From Nitrosopumilus sp. (GTDB lineage Archaea; Thermoproteota; Nitrososphaeria; Nitrososphaerales; Nitrosopumilaceae): a stretch of DNA of 64,000 bases. The position numbers were made by a program, and so were the translations under genes. Shown piece after piece: positions 46,929 through 57,061 of the stretch (within the stretch, counting starts at the first letter, position 1; each line of letters begins with the position of its first letter). The DNA is taken from NCBI GenBank assembly GCA_965224195.1, contig OZ245040.1:1472001-1536000 (forward strand), written 5' to 3'. The notes under the pieces were generated by a model that was not told the origin of the DNA, searched no databases, and saw only the letters and a program-made list of their open reading frames with translations.

Positions 46929-47633
46929 TTATAGAACTTTTTTTCTTACAGCATCAATTCTAATAATTCCAACTTTCTTTTTTGGTCCAATTAATCTAGC
47001 CTCAAATATTGGGACATAGACTTCAGAAATATCACGTAATGCAAATTCTTCATTTAAATTTTTAACATCAGATTCCATTGGTTTTTTTAGTTGGGTTTGA
47101 AGTTTATCTATTGCAGCATCATAAGTCATCTCAGGTTTTTTTACATTTGATTCATTTTTTTCGAGTAATTGTTTTGGATAATTCTCCATAGTCTTTGAGT
47201 TTATCTTAAATGGGAATTTTATTTCATTCCCATGATGATCAAAAGTCAATTCATCTTCTTCTTCAACAAAAACATGTTCATCTAATTTAAAATCAATTTT
47301 ATTTTTTCCTCTTTTTCCAACAAATGCCTTTGTAATACTTGATTTTGAACGTATTGGAAATAATCCATCACCTAAAGAAACTTCATATACGTTTGAATCA
47401 ACAGAGATGGAATGAGTAGCTTTTCTAAAATAATCGGCAACATATTTTCCAGAAACCATCAAAATACATTCATAGTATAATTTCAACGAATGAATGTGGA
47501 CATCCTCACTTTTTACGCGTGAAAGTAATGATTTGAATGGACCTGTTTTCTTTGAGTTTACAATATCCATAGCTTCTGTTTCATCAATATTTTTTCGTAA
47601 AACCACAGTCTTTACATCATAAGTTTTTGTCAA
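46929..47633 (-). CDS. Conserved hypothetical protein
   Basis: 234-aa intact ORF with host-like codon use. Confidence 0.75.
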   Translation of the reverse strand: MTKTYDVKTVVLRKNIDETEAMDIVNSKKTGPFKSLLSRVKSEDVHIHSLKLYYECILMVSGKYVADYFRKATHSISVDSNVYEVSLGDGLFPIRSKSSITKAFVGKRGKNKIDFKLDEHVFVEEEDELTFDHHGNEIKFPFKINSKTMENYPKQLLEKNESNVKKPEMTYDAAIDKLQTQLKKPMESDVKNLNEEFALRDISEVYVPIFEARLIGPKKKVGIIRIDAVRKKVL

Positions 47634-47714
47634 AACTGTTCAAAGTACGGAATTCTATCTATTAAATCAATTCAGATAGGAAAGAAATAATAGATTTAAG
47701 AATAATCTAAATTC

Positions 47715-48077
47715 ATGGGAGATAAGAAAGGTGGCTATATTGACAAATTTTTGAAAAAAGCAGACAAGGCGATTCAAGAAGGGGTAAAAAAAGCAGATGA
47801 GGCATTAGAAGAAGCTGTTGAATTTGGTTCAATGACTGCAAAACAAGCAGCAAAAACAAGTAAAGAATTACGCAATCAGGCAAAAAAAGAAAGAGCCACA
47901 TTGCAGAAAAAAGGAATTGCAAAAATCAACGAAGGACTAGCCAATGCAAAAAAAGTTACAACAAATACACAAGATGATTTAGAAATATTGAAAAAATTAG
48001 GTAAATTAAGAAAAGCAGAAGTAATTACAGAAAAAGAATTTCAAGCTAAAAAGAAAAAGATTTTGGATAGAATATAA
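47715..48077 (+). CDS. SHOCT-domain coiled-coil protein
   Basis: C-terminal LKKLGKLRKAEVITEKEFQAKKKKIL. Confidence 0.8.
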   Translation: MGDKKGGYIDKFLKKADKAIQEGVKKADEALEEAVEFGSMTAKQAAKTSKELRNQAKKERATLQKKGIAKINEGLANAKKVTTNTQDDLEILKKLGKLRKAEVITEKEFQAKKKKILDRI

Positions 48078-48078
48078 A

Positions 48079-48534
48079 ATGAAAAAATCAAATATTTTAG
48101 GGACTAGCGATAAAAGAAAAGTAAACCCAAACTGGTTTACAAATAAAACGTGGATAAAAGTTCTTTCAGAAAAAATTAAAGCAAAAGATCAAGATATCTA
48201 TCATGTACATTTTGAGAAAGGTTCAAGAACAAAACTTCATCAACATAATGGCAATCAAGTGTTAATTGGAGTTAAAGGTAAAGGGAGTCTTGAAATATTT
48301 AGAAAATATGGTTCTAGTAAATCAAATTTTAAAATAAAAAAAATTGAGAAAATTAGCCTCAATGAAGGAGACATAGTGCACATTCCAGCAAAAACACTTC
48401 ATACACATGGGTCAATTGACAAGAAAAAAGAATTTTCACACATAGCCATAAACATTCTTCCAAAGAAAAATGCAATATACAAAACAGAATGGTATGAATC
48501 AGATTTTAAAACCAAAGTTTCAACCATCATCTAA
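48079..48534 (+). CDS. Cupin domain protein
   Basis: TKLHQH...Q, GDIVHIPAKTLHTHG. Confidence 0.88.
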   Translation: MKKSNILGTSDKRKVNPNWFTNKTWIKVLSEKIKAKDQDIYHVHFEKGSRTKLHQHNGNQVLIGVKGKGSLEIFRKYGSSKSNFKIKKIEKISLNEGDIVHIPAKTLHTHGSIDKKKEFSHIAINILPKKNAIYKTEWYESDFKTKVSTII

Positions 48535-48539
48535 ATAAA

Positions 48540-48902
48540 ATGTCATTACGTAAAAATTCAGAAATTGATTCAATTAAAGGAAATGAAGGTACTAAAATCA
48601 AACAATATTTTCATCCACATAACACTCTAAATGGAATTAACTACAGTTTAGCTCAATTCACATTAGAAACAGGAAAAAAATCAAAACTTCATAAAATGAA
48701 TTCATCTGAAATATACTATATTTTAGATGGTTTGGGAATTCTATACATCAATGATGAATCGCATAATTTAGAGAAAGATGATTCAGCATATGTACCACCA
48801 AACTCCAAACAATTTATTGAGAATGTAGGGAATAATGATTTGAAATTTTTGTGTATTGTAGAGCCTGCATGGAAAGAAGAAGATGAAGTTTTGTTAGAAT
48901 AA
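48540..48902 (+). CDS. Cupin domain protein
   Basis: LH...SEIYYILDG, YVPPNSKQ.IEN.G...LKFLC. Confidence 0.88.
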   Translation: MSLRKNSEIDSIKGNEGTKIKQYFHPHNTLNGINYSLAQFTLETGKKSKLHKMNSSEIYYILDGLGILYINDESHNLEKDDSAYVPPNSKQFIENVGNNDLKFLCIVEPAWKEEDEVLLE

Positions 48903-48961
48903 ACAAATTAACTGTAAATAATGGGTAATTATTTTTAACATATGATAAATATCTATTTTTA

Positions 48962-49636
48962 GTGAATACATTTCAAGCACTCAGAGTATTGAATGTGGAT
49001 TCTAGTTCATCACAAACTGAGATCAAAGCAGCATATAGAAAAATGGCACTAGCATTGCATCCAGATAAGAACAATGGAAAATCAGAAGATGGAGAATTTA
49101 AAAAAATTACTGAAGCATACAATCATTTAAAGAACAACCACAATCAAAGAACTAATTCTAATTATCAAGAGACAGCACAGAACAAACAAAAAAATAATTT
49201 TAAAAGAAAACCTCAATGGGAAGCACCAGATGATGGAAGTATACCTGAGCAAGACTGGGGTAAATATACTCGTGAATTTGAAGAGGGGGATCCTGATTTT
49301 TGGAAAGAATATGAACGAAAATTCTGGGAAGATTACAATGCTAGAATACGTGCAGATGGACGAAATGGTGAATTTGAAAAAGCACAAGAGCCAAAAAAAC
49401 AGCCAGATCTTTTTGTCAATGTTGATGAAAGTTTGTGTATAGGATGCTGTAGTTGTGAAATTATTGCACCAGACGTATTTTCAATTAACAAAGAAAGCAG
49501 ATCAAATCCCAAATCATCAGTAATAAATCAAAAAGGTGCAGGAATTAACAAAATTATGAATGCTGCAGAAACTTGTCCCACTAAAGCAATTAGGATAGAT
49601 AACGCAGAAACCAAAGAACGGCTGTACCCGTATTAA
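48962..49636 (+). CDS. DnaJ-ferredoxin fusion (DnaJ-Fer)
   Basis: J-domain HPD plus C-terminal CIGCCSC...CP ferredoxin. Confidence 0.92.
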   Translation: MNTFQALRVLNVDSSSSQTEIKAAYRKMALALHPDKNNGKSEDGEFKKITEAYNHLKNNHNQRTNSNYQETAQNKQKNNFKRKPQWEAPDDGSIPEQDWGKYTREFEEGDPDFWKEYERKFWEDYNARIRADGRNGEFEKAQEPKKQPDLFVNVDESLCIGCCSCEIIAPDVFSINKESRSNPKSSVINQKGAGINKIMNAAETCPTKAIRIDNAETKERLYPY

Positions 49637-50040
49637 ATTTTCAGTTTTTCATAGAGTTCATTCATTTCAAATTCAGATAGAATTACAGTAGAACTAAACA
49701 TACTATGAATTGCACCGGCAGAATCATCTTTACTTCTAGGAACTAAATGAACATGAACGTGAGGAATTTCTTGACCTGCATCTTTTCCATTATGAATTGC
49801 AACCAAAGTAGATCCAGTAATTGTATCAACATTTGAAACCATTTGTTGAACTAGTGAAAAGAGGTCAGTATTTTCTTCAATACTCATATCTTGAATTTTT
49901 TGATGATGATTTTTTGGAATAACCAAAACATGCCCTGTTGCAAGAGGAAATGCATCTAAAAATGAAACAGAATGTTTTGTTTCTGTTAAGAATTTTGATT
50001 TTATTTCACCAGACATAATCTTACAAAAAATACAATCCAT
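49633..50040 (-). CDS. HIT family hydrolase
   Basis: CIFCKI, HVHVHLVPR. Confidence 0.95.
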   Translation of the reverse strand: MDCIFCKIMSGEIKSKFLTETKHSVSFLDAFPLATGHVLVIPKNHHQKIQDMSIEENTDLFSLVQQMVSNVDTITGSTLVAIHNGKDAGQEIPHVHVHLVPRSKDDSAGAIHSMFSSTVILSEFEMNELYEKLKI

Positions 50041-50077
50041 GATATTTTACAAAGGTTTTAAAATATTAAATCATCGA

Positions 50078-50356
50078 TTATGGCTCAACAATTGTTGCCC
50101 ATGCAAGACCTTCTCCAAATTTTATAGTTGCAACATCACCAGATTTCAACGTGCAATCCTCAATGATTTTAGGAATTGTGTCAGAGGTCTCAACATAACA
50201 AACACCATCGTCATTAGTCAAAATAATCACTTCTTCAAATACATCATCACGAATTAAATTCCAAAATGGAAAAACCAAAGTAGATAACACAATTCCTGCA
50301 AGAAGAAAAGCACCTACAAACACAATACTGGTTTTCTGACTAGAGTTGAGTTCCAT
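50078..50356 (-). CDS. Membrane-anchored hypothetical protein
   Basis: N-terminal TM, 92 aa. Confidence 0.7.
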   Translation of the reverse strand: MELNSSQKTSIVFVGAFLLAGIVLSTLVFPFWNLIRDDVFEEVIILTNDDGVCYVETSDTIPKIIEDCTLKSGDVATIKFGEGLAWATIVEP

Positions 50357-50524
50357 TTACCAGGTTCCACCATCACCTGCGTTAGGATCTAATTTTTTAG
50401 CAGGTATGTTGCCATGTGCTTTTTTCATATGTTTTTTTAGTCGTTCAGGATCATGCAATTCAGTTCCACAAACATCACATTTGGTTTTAGTCTCATCATC
50501 CTTCTTACGTTTAAACAAGCCCAT
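50357..50524 (-). CDS. 55-aa C2H2 zinc-finger protein (not in the ORF track)
   Basis: MGLFKRKKDDETKTKCDVCGTELHDPERLKKHMKKAHGNIPAKKLDPNAGDGGTW. Confidence 0.8.
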   Translation of the reverse strand: MGLFKRKKDDETKTKCDVCGTELHDPERLKKHMKKAHGNIPAKKLDPNAGDGGTW

Positions 50525-50578
50525 TGAATAATAAAATTTTGAAATACATTATAAAGGATACTCGATTTTTATTAAATT

Positions 50579-51718
50579 GTGACAGTGAAAAACATCACAG
50601 TTTTAGGTTCTGGAGTAATGGGACACGGCATAGCCCAAGTTTCAGCAACTGCAGGATACAATGTGGTTTTACGGGACATTAAACAGGAATTTTTAGACAA
50701 AGCAATGGGGAAAATAAAATGGAGTTTAGACAAATTAGTATCAAAAGAAAAAATATCAAAAGAAGAAGGAGACGCAATTTTTTCAAGAATTACACCTATT
50801 GTTGATTTGAGTGATGCAGTAAAAAATGCAGAACTTGTAATTGAAGTAGTTCCTGAAATTATGGATTTAAAAAAATCAGTGTATGCAGAACTAGACAAAG
50901 TTGCAGGACCTGAAGTGATTTTTGCATCAAATACAAGTACATTACCAATTACAGAAATTGCAAATACAACATCAAGGCCTGAAAAATTTATAGGAATTCA
51001 TTTTTTCAATCCACCACAACTAATGAAATTAGTTGAAGTAATTCCAGGAGAGAAAACAGCACAAGCAATCACAGATTTAACTCAAGAATATGTCAAATCA
51101 GTTAACAAGCAATCTGTGTTGTGTAGAAAAGACGTTCCAGGATTCATAATTAATAGATTATTCATTCCGATGGTTCATGAAGCATGTTTTGTAAAAGATA
51201 GAACTGGAGCTACACTTGAAGAAATTGATTCAGCGGTGAAATTCAAGCTCGGATTTCCAATGGGTATTTTTGAATTAGCAGATTTTACTGGAATGGATGT
51301 AATTCACAAAGCTACAGTAGAGATGCATTTACGCGACAAAAAAGTAATCAATCCACATCTACTTGTTGGAAAAATGTTTGATGAGAAAAAGCTTGGACAA
51401 AAATCAGGAGAAGGGTATTACAAATATTCAGATGACAAATACGGACGTGTTGCACTTTCAGAAGAGTTATCTAAAAAATGTGATCCAATTCAACTTGTTG
51501 CAAATATTTTAAACAATGCTGCATGGCTTGTCTCAAATGGAGCAAGTGACATAGAAGAAATTGAAAAAGCAGCACAGTTAGGACTAGGTCTCAAAAAACC
51601 ATTGTTTGAAACTGCAAAAGAAATTGGAATCAAAAAAATAGTTGACGAATTAAATAAATTGGCAGATGAACATGGTGAATTTTACAGACCAGATCCATTA
51701 TTGATTTCCATGCAATAA
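50579..51718 (+). CDS. 3-hydroxyacyl(butyryl)-CoA dehydrogenase (likely 3HP/4HB cycle)
   Basis: GSGVMG, ASNTSTL, GIHFFNP, GFIINR, PMGIFELAD. Confidence 0.93.
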   Translation: MTVKNITVLGSGVMGHGIAQVSATAGYNVVLRDIKQEFLDKAMGKIKWSLDKLVSKEKISKEEGDAIFSRITPIVDLSDAVKNAELVIEVVPEIMDLKKSVYAELDKVAGPEVIFASNTSTLPITEIANTTSRPEKFIGIHFFNPPQLMKLVEVIPGEKTAQAITDLTQEYVKSVNKQSVLCRKDVPGFIINRLFIPMVHEACFVKDRTGATLEEIDSAVKFKLGFPMGIFELADFTGMDVIHKATVEMHLRDKKVINPHLLVGKMFDEKKLGQKSGEGYYKYSDDKYGRVALSEELSKKCDPIQLVANILNNAAWLVSNGASDIEEIEKAAQLGLGLKKPLFETAKEIGIKKIVDELNKLADEHGEFYRPDPLLISMQ

Positions 51719-51761
51719 CTACCAGAATTCATCTCAAAGTCAACATAAATTATATCATAAT

Positions 51762-52064
51762 TTGATAAAGATTAGAAAAAGAATGATTCCAAAACCACCA
51801 AGACAAGAAGTTAATGTCACAAGAATGATAATCTATTCACTTATACCAATTCTGTCAATTTATACAGGGTGGAGAATAAAAAAATTTTGGATATTAGTTG
51901 GAATAAATATTCTAATTGGTTTTGCATTAGGAATTCCAATCCAGTTGGCATTAGGAGAAACATATGGTAATCTAGTCTCGATACCACTAAGCATAATCAT
52001 ATCAATCTATGTAGTGAGACATTTTGCAAAAAAGTACAATGATGAAATCAATTCATCTAATTAG
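51762..52064 (+). CDS. Small membrane protein
   Basis: Three hydrophobic segments. Confidence 0.7.
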   Translation: MIKIRKRMIPKPPRQEVNVTRMIIYSLIPILSIYTGWRIKKFWILVGINILIGFALGIPIQLALGETYGNLVSIPLSIIISIYVVRHFAKKYNDEINSSN

Positions 52065-52566
52065 AAATTAATTCTAAAATTTTCCGTACTGCTTCTTGTG
52101 CAGTATCTACACCAATTATTTTGATATTTTTCCTATGATCAATATACCCATCAATATATGGATCAACTGAACTTCCAAGGTTTTTGACTGCAACCATTGG
52201 TTTTTTGTACATATAGGATGCACAGGCTTCAGATAAAGTTCCAGACCCACCTCCAACAATAATAACACCGTCTGCACTTAGGGCATTTAGATAATCACGA
52301 GTAAGACCCATGCCAGTAGGAATTACAATGTCACAGAATTCATTAGCCAAAGAAGCATCATCTTGCGGAATTATTCCAACTGTTAATCCATTTGCATCAT
52401 GTGCACCATGGGATGCAGCCTCCATCACCCCACCAAGACCACCATTAACCAAAATGGAATCAGATTTTGCAATTTCAGATCCAATATCATAAGCAATTTT
52501 TTCATGTTTTGGAGTACAACCATTTGTATTATTTCCAATTACCAAAATTTGTCTTTTTTTTACCAC
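52057..52566 (-). CDS. LOG/SLOG family protein (TIGR00725-like)
   Basis: GGLGGVMEA, TVGIIP, VGGGSGTLSE. Confidence 0.88.
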   Translation of the reverse strand: MVKKRQILVIGNNTNGCTPKHEKIAYDIGSEIAKSDSILVNGGLGGVMEAASHGAHDANGLTVGIIPQDDASLANEFCDIVIPTGMGLTRDYLNALSADGVIIVGGGSGTLSEACASYMYKKPMVAVKNLGSSVDPYIDGYIDHRKNIKIIGVDTAQEAVRKILELISN

Positions 52567-52641
52567 GAATAATATTGGAAAATTGGTTTGAAATATCTTT
52601 CCAAGAGAAAAAGATATTAGGTAAAAATATTGACTATCAGT

Positions 52642-52764
52642 ATGGAAAATCGTTCAATGCCAGTATGTTTTACTGATAAGCAATACAAAATGATCGAAGA
52701 ATTTGCCAAGAGAAATGGTATGCTTAACGCAAGTCAAGCTCTTGAAAAAATCTTAAGTGAATAA
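52642..52764 (+). CDS. 40-aa ribbon-helix-helix-like protein
   Basis: MENRSMPVCFTDKQYKMIEEFAKRNGMLNASQALEKILSE. Confidence 0.6.
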   Translation: MENRSMPVCFTDKQYKMIEEFAKRNGMLNASQALEKILSE

Positions 52765-52824
52765 GCATTTTTTGTTATTTTTATTTTGTTTACATTTATA
52801 GAATATATCATATCATAAAGAATA

Positions 52825-53235
52825 ATGGGGCTATTTAGCAAAAAACCATCATTTTGTAGTGTTTGTAACAAGGAACTTACTCACAAACACAAACCGAAAA
52901 AAGAATGGAATGTTAAAGGTTCACTATGTGGAGATTGCCATTTTGATAAATCAAAAGAATACTATGAAGGAAAAGTAAGACAACCATGTGTCGTATGTGG
53001 AATGACACAGAAAATTACTGATTTGTGGGAACCCAGATGGCAGTGGGACATGGAAGGTTTGTTATGCAAAAAATGCTTTGATCAAAAAGAAGAAGATCAT
53101 GGGAAGAAAAAGAATTTTTGTTCTCTATGCGGAGGGAAAATGGGACTCATCAGGTATAATCCAAAGGGCAACTGGAAGATAGAAGGCCAGCTTTGTAGAA
53201 AATGCTGGGATGAAAAGAAAGCAGAGTTTGGATAA
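52825..53235 (+). CDS. Protein with three tandem CxxC...LCxxC zinc modules
   Basis: Repeated C..C...W...G.LC..C. Confidence 0.8.
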   Translation: MGLFSKKPSFCSVCNKELTHKHKPKKEWNVKGSLCGDCHFDKSKEYYEGKVRQPCVVCGMTQKITDLWEPRWQWDMEGLLCKKCFDQKEEDHGKKKNFCSLCGGKMGLIRYNPKGNWKIEGQLCRKCWDEKKAEFG

Positions 53236-53237
53236 AA

Positions 53238-53435
53238 GTGAGACTCTTTAAAAAAATTAAATGTGAAATTTGCGATAAGAAATTTTCAAAAGAAGAAGAA
53301 GTAATGAACCATAAACAGATTATTCATGGGAAAGATTTGAAGTATGATTGCAAAGAGTGTAACAAGTATTTTTCAAACATGGAAGACATGAGAACTCATT
53401 TACAAAGAGAACATAGTTACAAAAAAGATAGATAA
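53238..53435 (+). CDS. Double C2H2 zinc-finger protein
   Basis: CEIC...H...H and CKEC...H....H. Confidence 0.85.
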   Translation: MRLFKKIKCEICDKKFSKEEEVMNHKQIIHGKDLKYDCKECNKYFSNMEDMRTHLQREHSYKKDR

Positions 53436-53642
53436 CTAAATTGCTTTAACTGTTTTAACTACTGGAGGTCTATCTTTGGTAAACACTCTGAAACCACAAA
53501 TGCATTTGATTTCAGGTAATCTAGATAATTCAGAATTTAAAACACTAGTACCGCATCTTAAACAAGAATAACTCACATCAAAAGTTTCAACAGGTGTTTC
53601 TTCTACTTCTTCTATTCCTTCTTCAACCATGTTAATCATCAA
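53436..53642 (-). CDS. rpoP: RNA polymerase subunit Rpo12/P
   Basis: YSCLRCG...IKCICGFRVFTKDRP. Confidence 0.9.
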   Translation of the reverse strand: MMINMVEEGIEEVEETPVETFDVSYSCLRCGTSVLNSELSRLPEIKCICGFRVFTKDRPPVVKTVKAI

Positions 53643-53668
53643 AATTTCTATAATTTAAGGATACCAGA

Positions 53669-53977
53669 TTATGTTAGAGACAATTCAATATAGACATCAT
53701 CAGGAATTTTTAGTCTCATTAATTGTCTAATTGCCTTATCGTCAGCATTGATATTGATAATTCGTCTATGCATTTTCATCTCCCATTTCTCATAGGTTTC
53801 AGTCCCACTGCCACATGGTGATTTTCTTGTTGCAACATGTAGTCTTTTTACAGGAAGCGGAGTTGGACCTTTAACTTTAACACCGGTTTTTTTACCAATG
53901 CCCATAATCTCACCACATACACCATCTAATTTTGGTAGGCTGGTAGATGTGAGTTTAACACGGGCGGTTTGTGTCAT
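53669..53977 (-). CDS. rpsJ: 30S ribosomal protein S10 (uS10)
   Basis: GPTPLP, TRKSPCGSGT, MHRRII. Confidence 0.97.
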   Translation of the reverse strand: MTQTARVKLTSTSLPKLDGVCGEIMGIGKKTGVKVKGPTPLPVKRLHVATRKSPCGSGTETYEKWEMKMHRRIININADDKAIRQLMRLKIPDDVYIELSLT

Positions 53978-53986
53978 AAAATCCGC

Positions 53987-55285
53987 CTATGGTTTGTACT
54001 CTTCAGTAATTTCCTTCACAATTCCTGCTGCAATAGTTGCACCCATATCTCTAAGGGCGAATCTACCCATTTCAGGGAATTCTTGGAATGTTTCAATACA
54101 TGTTGGTCTCACCGGTCTGATTTTTACAATTGCAGAATCTCCAACTTTAAGAAATTTTGGATTTTCTTCTTCAACTGCACCAGATGCTGGGTTGATCTTT
54201 TGGAGGAACTCAGTAACAGTTGCTGCAACTTGTGTAGTGTGTGCGTGCATTACCGGTGTGTAACCAGGAGCAATTGCTGTTGGGTGGTGAATAACAATAA
54301 TTTGGGCTTTGAATTCTTTTGCAACATTTGGTGGTGCATCAGGAGTACCAAGAACATCTCCTCTCTTGATATCTTTCTTCTCAACACCTCTAAGGTTGAA
54401 ACCAATATTGTCACCTGCTTCTGCAGATGGCATTTCAGTGTGGTGTGTTTCAATAGATTTAATTTCACCAGGAGCACCTGAAGGCATTACAACAATTTTG
54501 TCTCCTGCTTTCATAATTCCTGTTTCAACTCTACCTACTGGTACAGTTCCTACACCTGTGATAGTGTAAACGTCTTGAATTGGAACACGTAGTGGTTTAC
54601 CGACTGGTTTTTCAGTGACAGTAAAGTCATCAAATGCTTCTAACAAAGTCTTACCTTTGTACCAAGCCATGTTCTCGGATTTCTTGACCAAGTTATCTCC
54701 CTTCCATCCAGAAATTGGAATAACTGGGACATTTTCTAATTTGTAACCAACAGATTTTGCTAGACCTTCACCTTTTTCTTTGGCTGCATTGAATGCGTCT
54801 TCTTTGTATTCGACTGCATCCATTTTGTTGATTGCAATGATTAGTTGGCTTACACCGAGTGTTTTAAGCAAGAATGCATGTTCTCTTGCTTGTCCACCTG
54901 CAGCAATTGCAGTGTCAGTTTCACCTTCTTTTGCTGAAAGTACTAGAATGGCGGCATCTGCTTCAGAAGCACCAGTAATCATATTTTTAATAAAGTCCCT
55001 GTGACCAGGAGCGTCAATTAAAGTAAAGAAATACTTTGGTGACTCAAACTTTTGGAAAGCCAAGTCGATTGTAATACCTCTCTCTCTTTCGTCTTTAATG
55101 TTATCCATAACCCATGCATACTTGAAAGTATCACCTTTTCCGGTCTTTTCGGATTCGGCTCCGTGAGCTGCAATAGTTCTTTCATCTACAACTCCGAGAT
55201 CCATCAAAAAATGACCCATAGTAGTTGATTTTCCATTATCAATATGTCCTGTAACAATCAGGTTCAAGTGGGGTTTATCTGCCAT
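53987..55285 (-). CDS. tuf: Elongation factor 1-alpha
   Basis: GHIDNGKST, ERERGITID, DAPGHRDF, NKMD, GRFALRDMG. Confidence 0.99.
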   Translation of the reverse strand: MADKPHLNLIVTGHIDNGKSTTMGHFLMDLGVVDERTIAAHGAESEKTGKGDTFKYAWVMDNIKDERERGITIDLAFQKFESPKYFFTLIDAPGHRDFIKNMITGASEADAAILVLSAKEGETDTAIAAGGQAREHAFLLKTLGVSQLIIAINKMDAVEYKEDAFNAAKEKGEGLAKSVGYKLENVPVIPISGWKGDNLVKKSENMAWYKGKTLLEAFDDFTVTEKPVGKPLRVPIQDVYTITGVGTVPVGRVETGIMKAGDKIVVMPSGAPGEIKSIETHHTEMPSAEAGDNIGFNLRGVEKKDIKRGDVLGTPDAPPNVAKEFKAQIIVIHHPTAIAPGYTPVMHAHTTQVAATVTEFLQKINPASGAVEEENPKFLKVGDSAIVKIRPVRPTCIETFQEFPEMGRFALRDMGATIAAGIVKEITEEYKP

Positions 55286-55415
55286 ATGGAAAGCCTCACT
55301 GAGGGCATTTATTAGCGTTATGAATTTTTGAAGAAAAATTAAAGAAACTTCAATTAATTACAGATCAGAAGACTTTGCTAAAAGCACATAAATCAAAGAG
55401 ATAAAAATCAATTTT

Positions 55416-56549
55416 ATGAAAATTACAGTTTCAGTTATCAAAGCAGATGTCGGTGGAATCGGCGGACATACAAAACCTAGTGACGGCCTAATCAAAGCAA
55501 TTAGAGATACCGTTGAAAATTCAGGCGATTTACTTATTGATCATTACATAGGATATTGTGGAGACGACACACACATCGTTATGACTCACACACATGGTGT
55601 TGATAATGAAAAAATCCACAAGTTAGCATGGGACGCATTCATGGCAGGTACCCAAGTAGCAAAGAATGAAGGATTGTATGGAGCAGGTCAGGATTTGTTA
55701 AAAGATTCATTTTCAGGAAATGTAAAAGGGATGGGTCCAGGAGTTGCAGAGTTAGAATTTGAAGAAAGACCTAATGAAGCATTTACTGTTTTTGCAGCAG
55801 ACAAAACAGAACCAGGTGCATTCAACTATCCAATCTACAGAATGTTTGTAGATACATTAAGTAACACAGCATTGATTGTAAACAAAAGTCTAGCATCAGG
55901 TGTTGTAATGAATATCATGGATGTAGAGAAAGCACAAATTGCATCATTGCAATTATGGGAAGATAAACCAACCATCGAAGCTGCATTAATGTATCCAGGA
56001 AGATATGTCGTAGATTCAGTATACACTAAAGAAGGTGAGCCAATTCTTGATGCATCTACGGACAGATTACATAACATTGCAGGAACATATGTCGGAAAAG
56101 ATGATCCAATCATGTTAGTTAGAACTCAAAAGAATTTTCCAGCAACAGAAGAAGTAGGAAGCATGTTTAACAATCCACACTATGTTGCAGGCAACACAAG
56201 AGGTAGTCACAACATGCCATTAATGCCAGTAAAATTAAACTCGGCAGCATCAATCAACTTTTGCATCCCAATTGTTGAATCACTAGTATTCAGCATGCAT
56301 AACGGTAAATTGGTTGGACCATTTGATGGGTTCTCAACACCAGATTGGGATTACATTAGAGAGATTGCAACAAAGAAATCCATGGCAATTAGAAGTCAAG
56401 GATTCATTCACCCAGCAACATTGGTACCATCAGAACTAGAATATGCTGAAGGCTACAGAGCAAGAATGGATATTCTTGAAACCAAGATGAAACCAATGGA
56501 AGAAACATCATCCGGTGAAAAGAAAGAAAATTACGAAGATCCAGATTAG
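55416..56549 (+). CDS. fbp: Fructose-1,6-bisphosphate aldolase/phosphatase
   Basis: IKADVGG, YGAGQDLL, DKTEPGAFN, YVGKDDP. Confidence 0.97.
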   Translation: MKITVSVIKADVGGIGGHTKPSDGLIKAIRDTVENSGDLLIDHYIGYCGDDTHIVMTHTHGVDNEKIHKLAWDAFMAGTQVAKNEGLYGAGQDLLKDSFSGNVKGMGPGVAELEFEERPNEAFTVFAADKTEPGAFNYPIYRMFVDTLSNTALIVNKSLASGVVMNIMDVEKAQIASLQLWEDKPTIEAALMYPGRYVVDSVYTKEGEPILDASTDRLHNIAGTYVGKDDPIMLVRTQKNFPATEEVGSMFNNPHYVAGNTRGSHNMPLMPVKLNSAASINFCIPIVESLVFSMHNGKLVGPFDGFSTPDWDYIREIATKKSMAIRSQGFIHPATLVPSELEYAEGYRARMDILETKMKPMEETSSGEKKENYEDPD

Positions 56550-56614
56550 TGATTTCAGATCTTGCTAATCATAGGAAATAGTTAAATCAAAAAAGACAGT
56601 ATTCGTATTAAGTC

Positions 56615-57025
56615 ATGAATGCTTTCCAAAAGGTGTTTAATTGGAAAACGTATATTTTCACAGCATTAGCCGTCATATCTTTTTCAAGTTTTGTAGCCGT
56701 ATTATTTGGACAAACTATTCCTGGAATAATTTTAGCATTTTTTAAAATTGCAGGAGAATATGTGGTTTTTGGAACAGTGTGTATTTTTGCCCTAGCATGG
56801 TTACTCAAAGCAAAGCCTAACAATCGCCCAAAAGAATATTCTGTGATACCATTTGACGTGTATGGTAAAAAAAGCAAAATTGACGGGATTAAAACAAATT
56901 TCAAAAGACATGACGTTGCATGGAGCTTTATGAAACAATACAAAGAATCATACCCATTTTACAATTTTGCACTGGTTTCAGATCTTCCAAAGTCTGACAA
57001 ACCAACAATCTTCAGATACATCTAA
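56615..57025 (+). CDS. Membrane protein, hypothetical
   Basis: Two N-terminal TMs and a soluble C-terminus. Confidence 0.7.
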   Translation: MNAFQKVFNWKTYIFTALAVISFSSFVAVLFGQTIPGIILAFFKIAGEYVVFGTVCIFALAWLLKAKPNNRPKEYSVIPFDVYGKKSKIDGIKTNFKRHDVAWSFMKQYKESYPFYNFALVSDLPKSDKPTIFRYI

Positions 57026-57061
57026 TTCAGACTTTTATTCAAGATTACACAGAGAAGTGAA

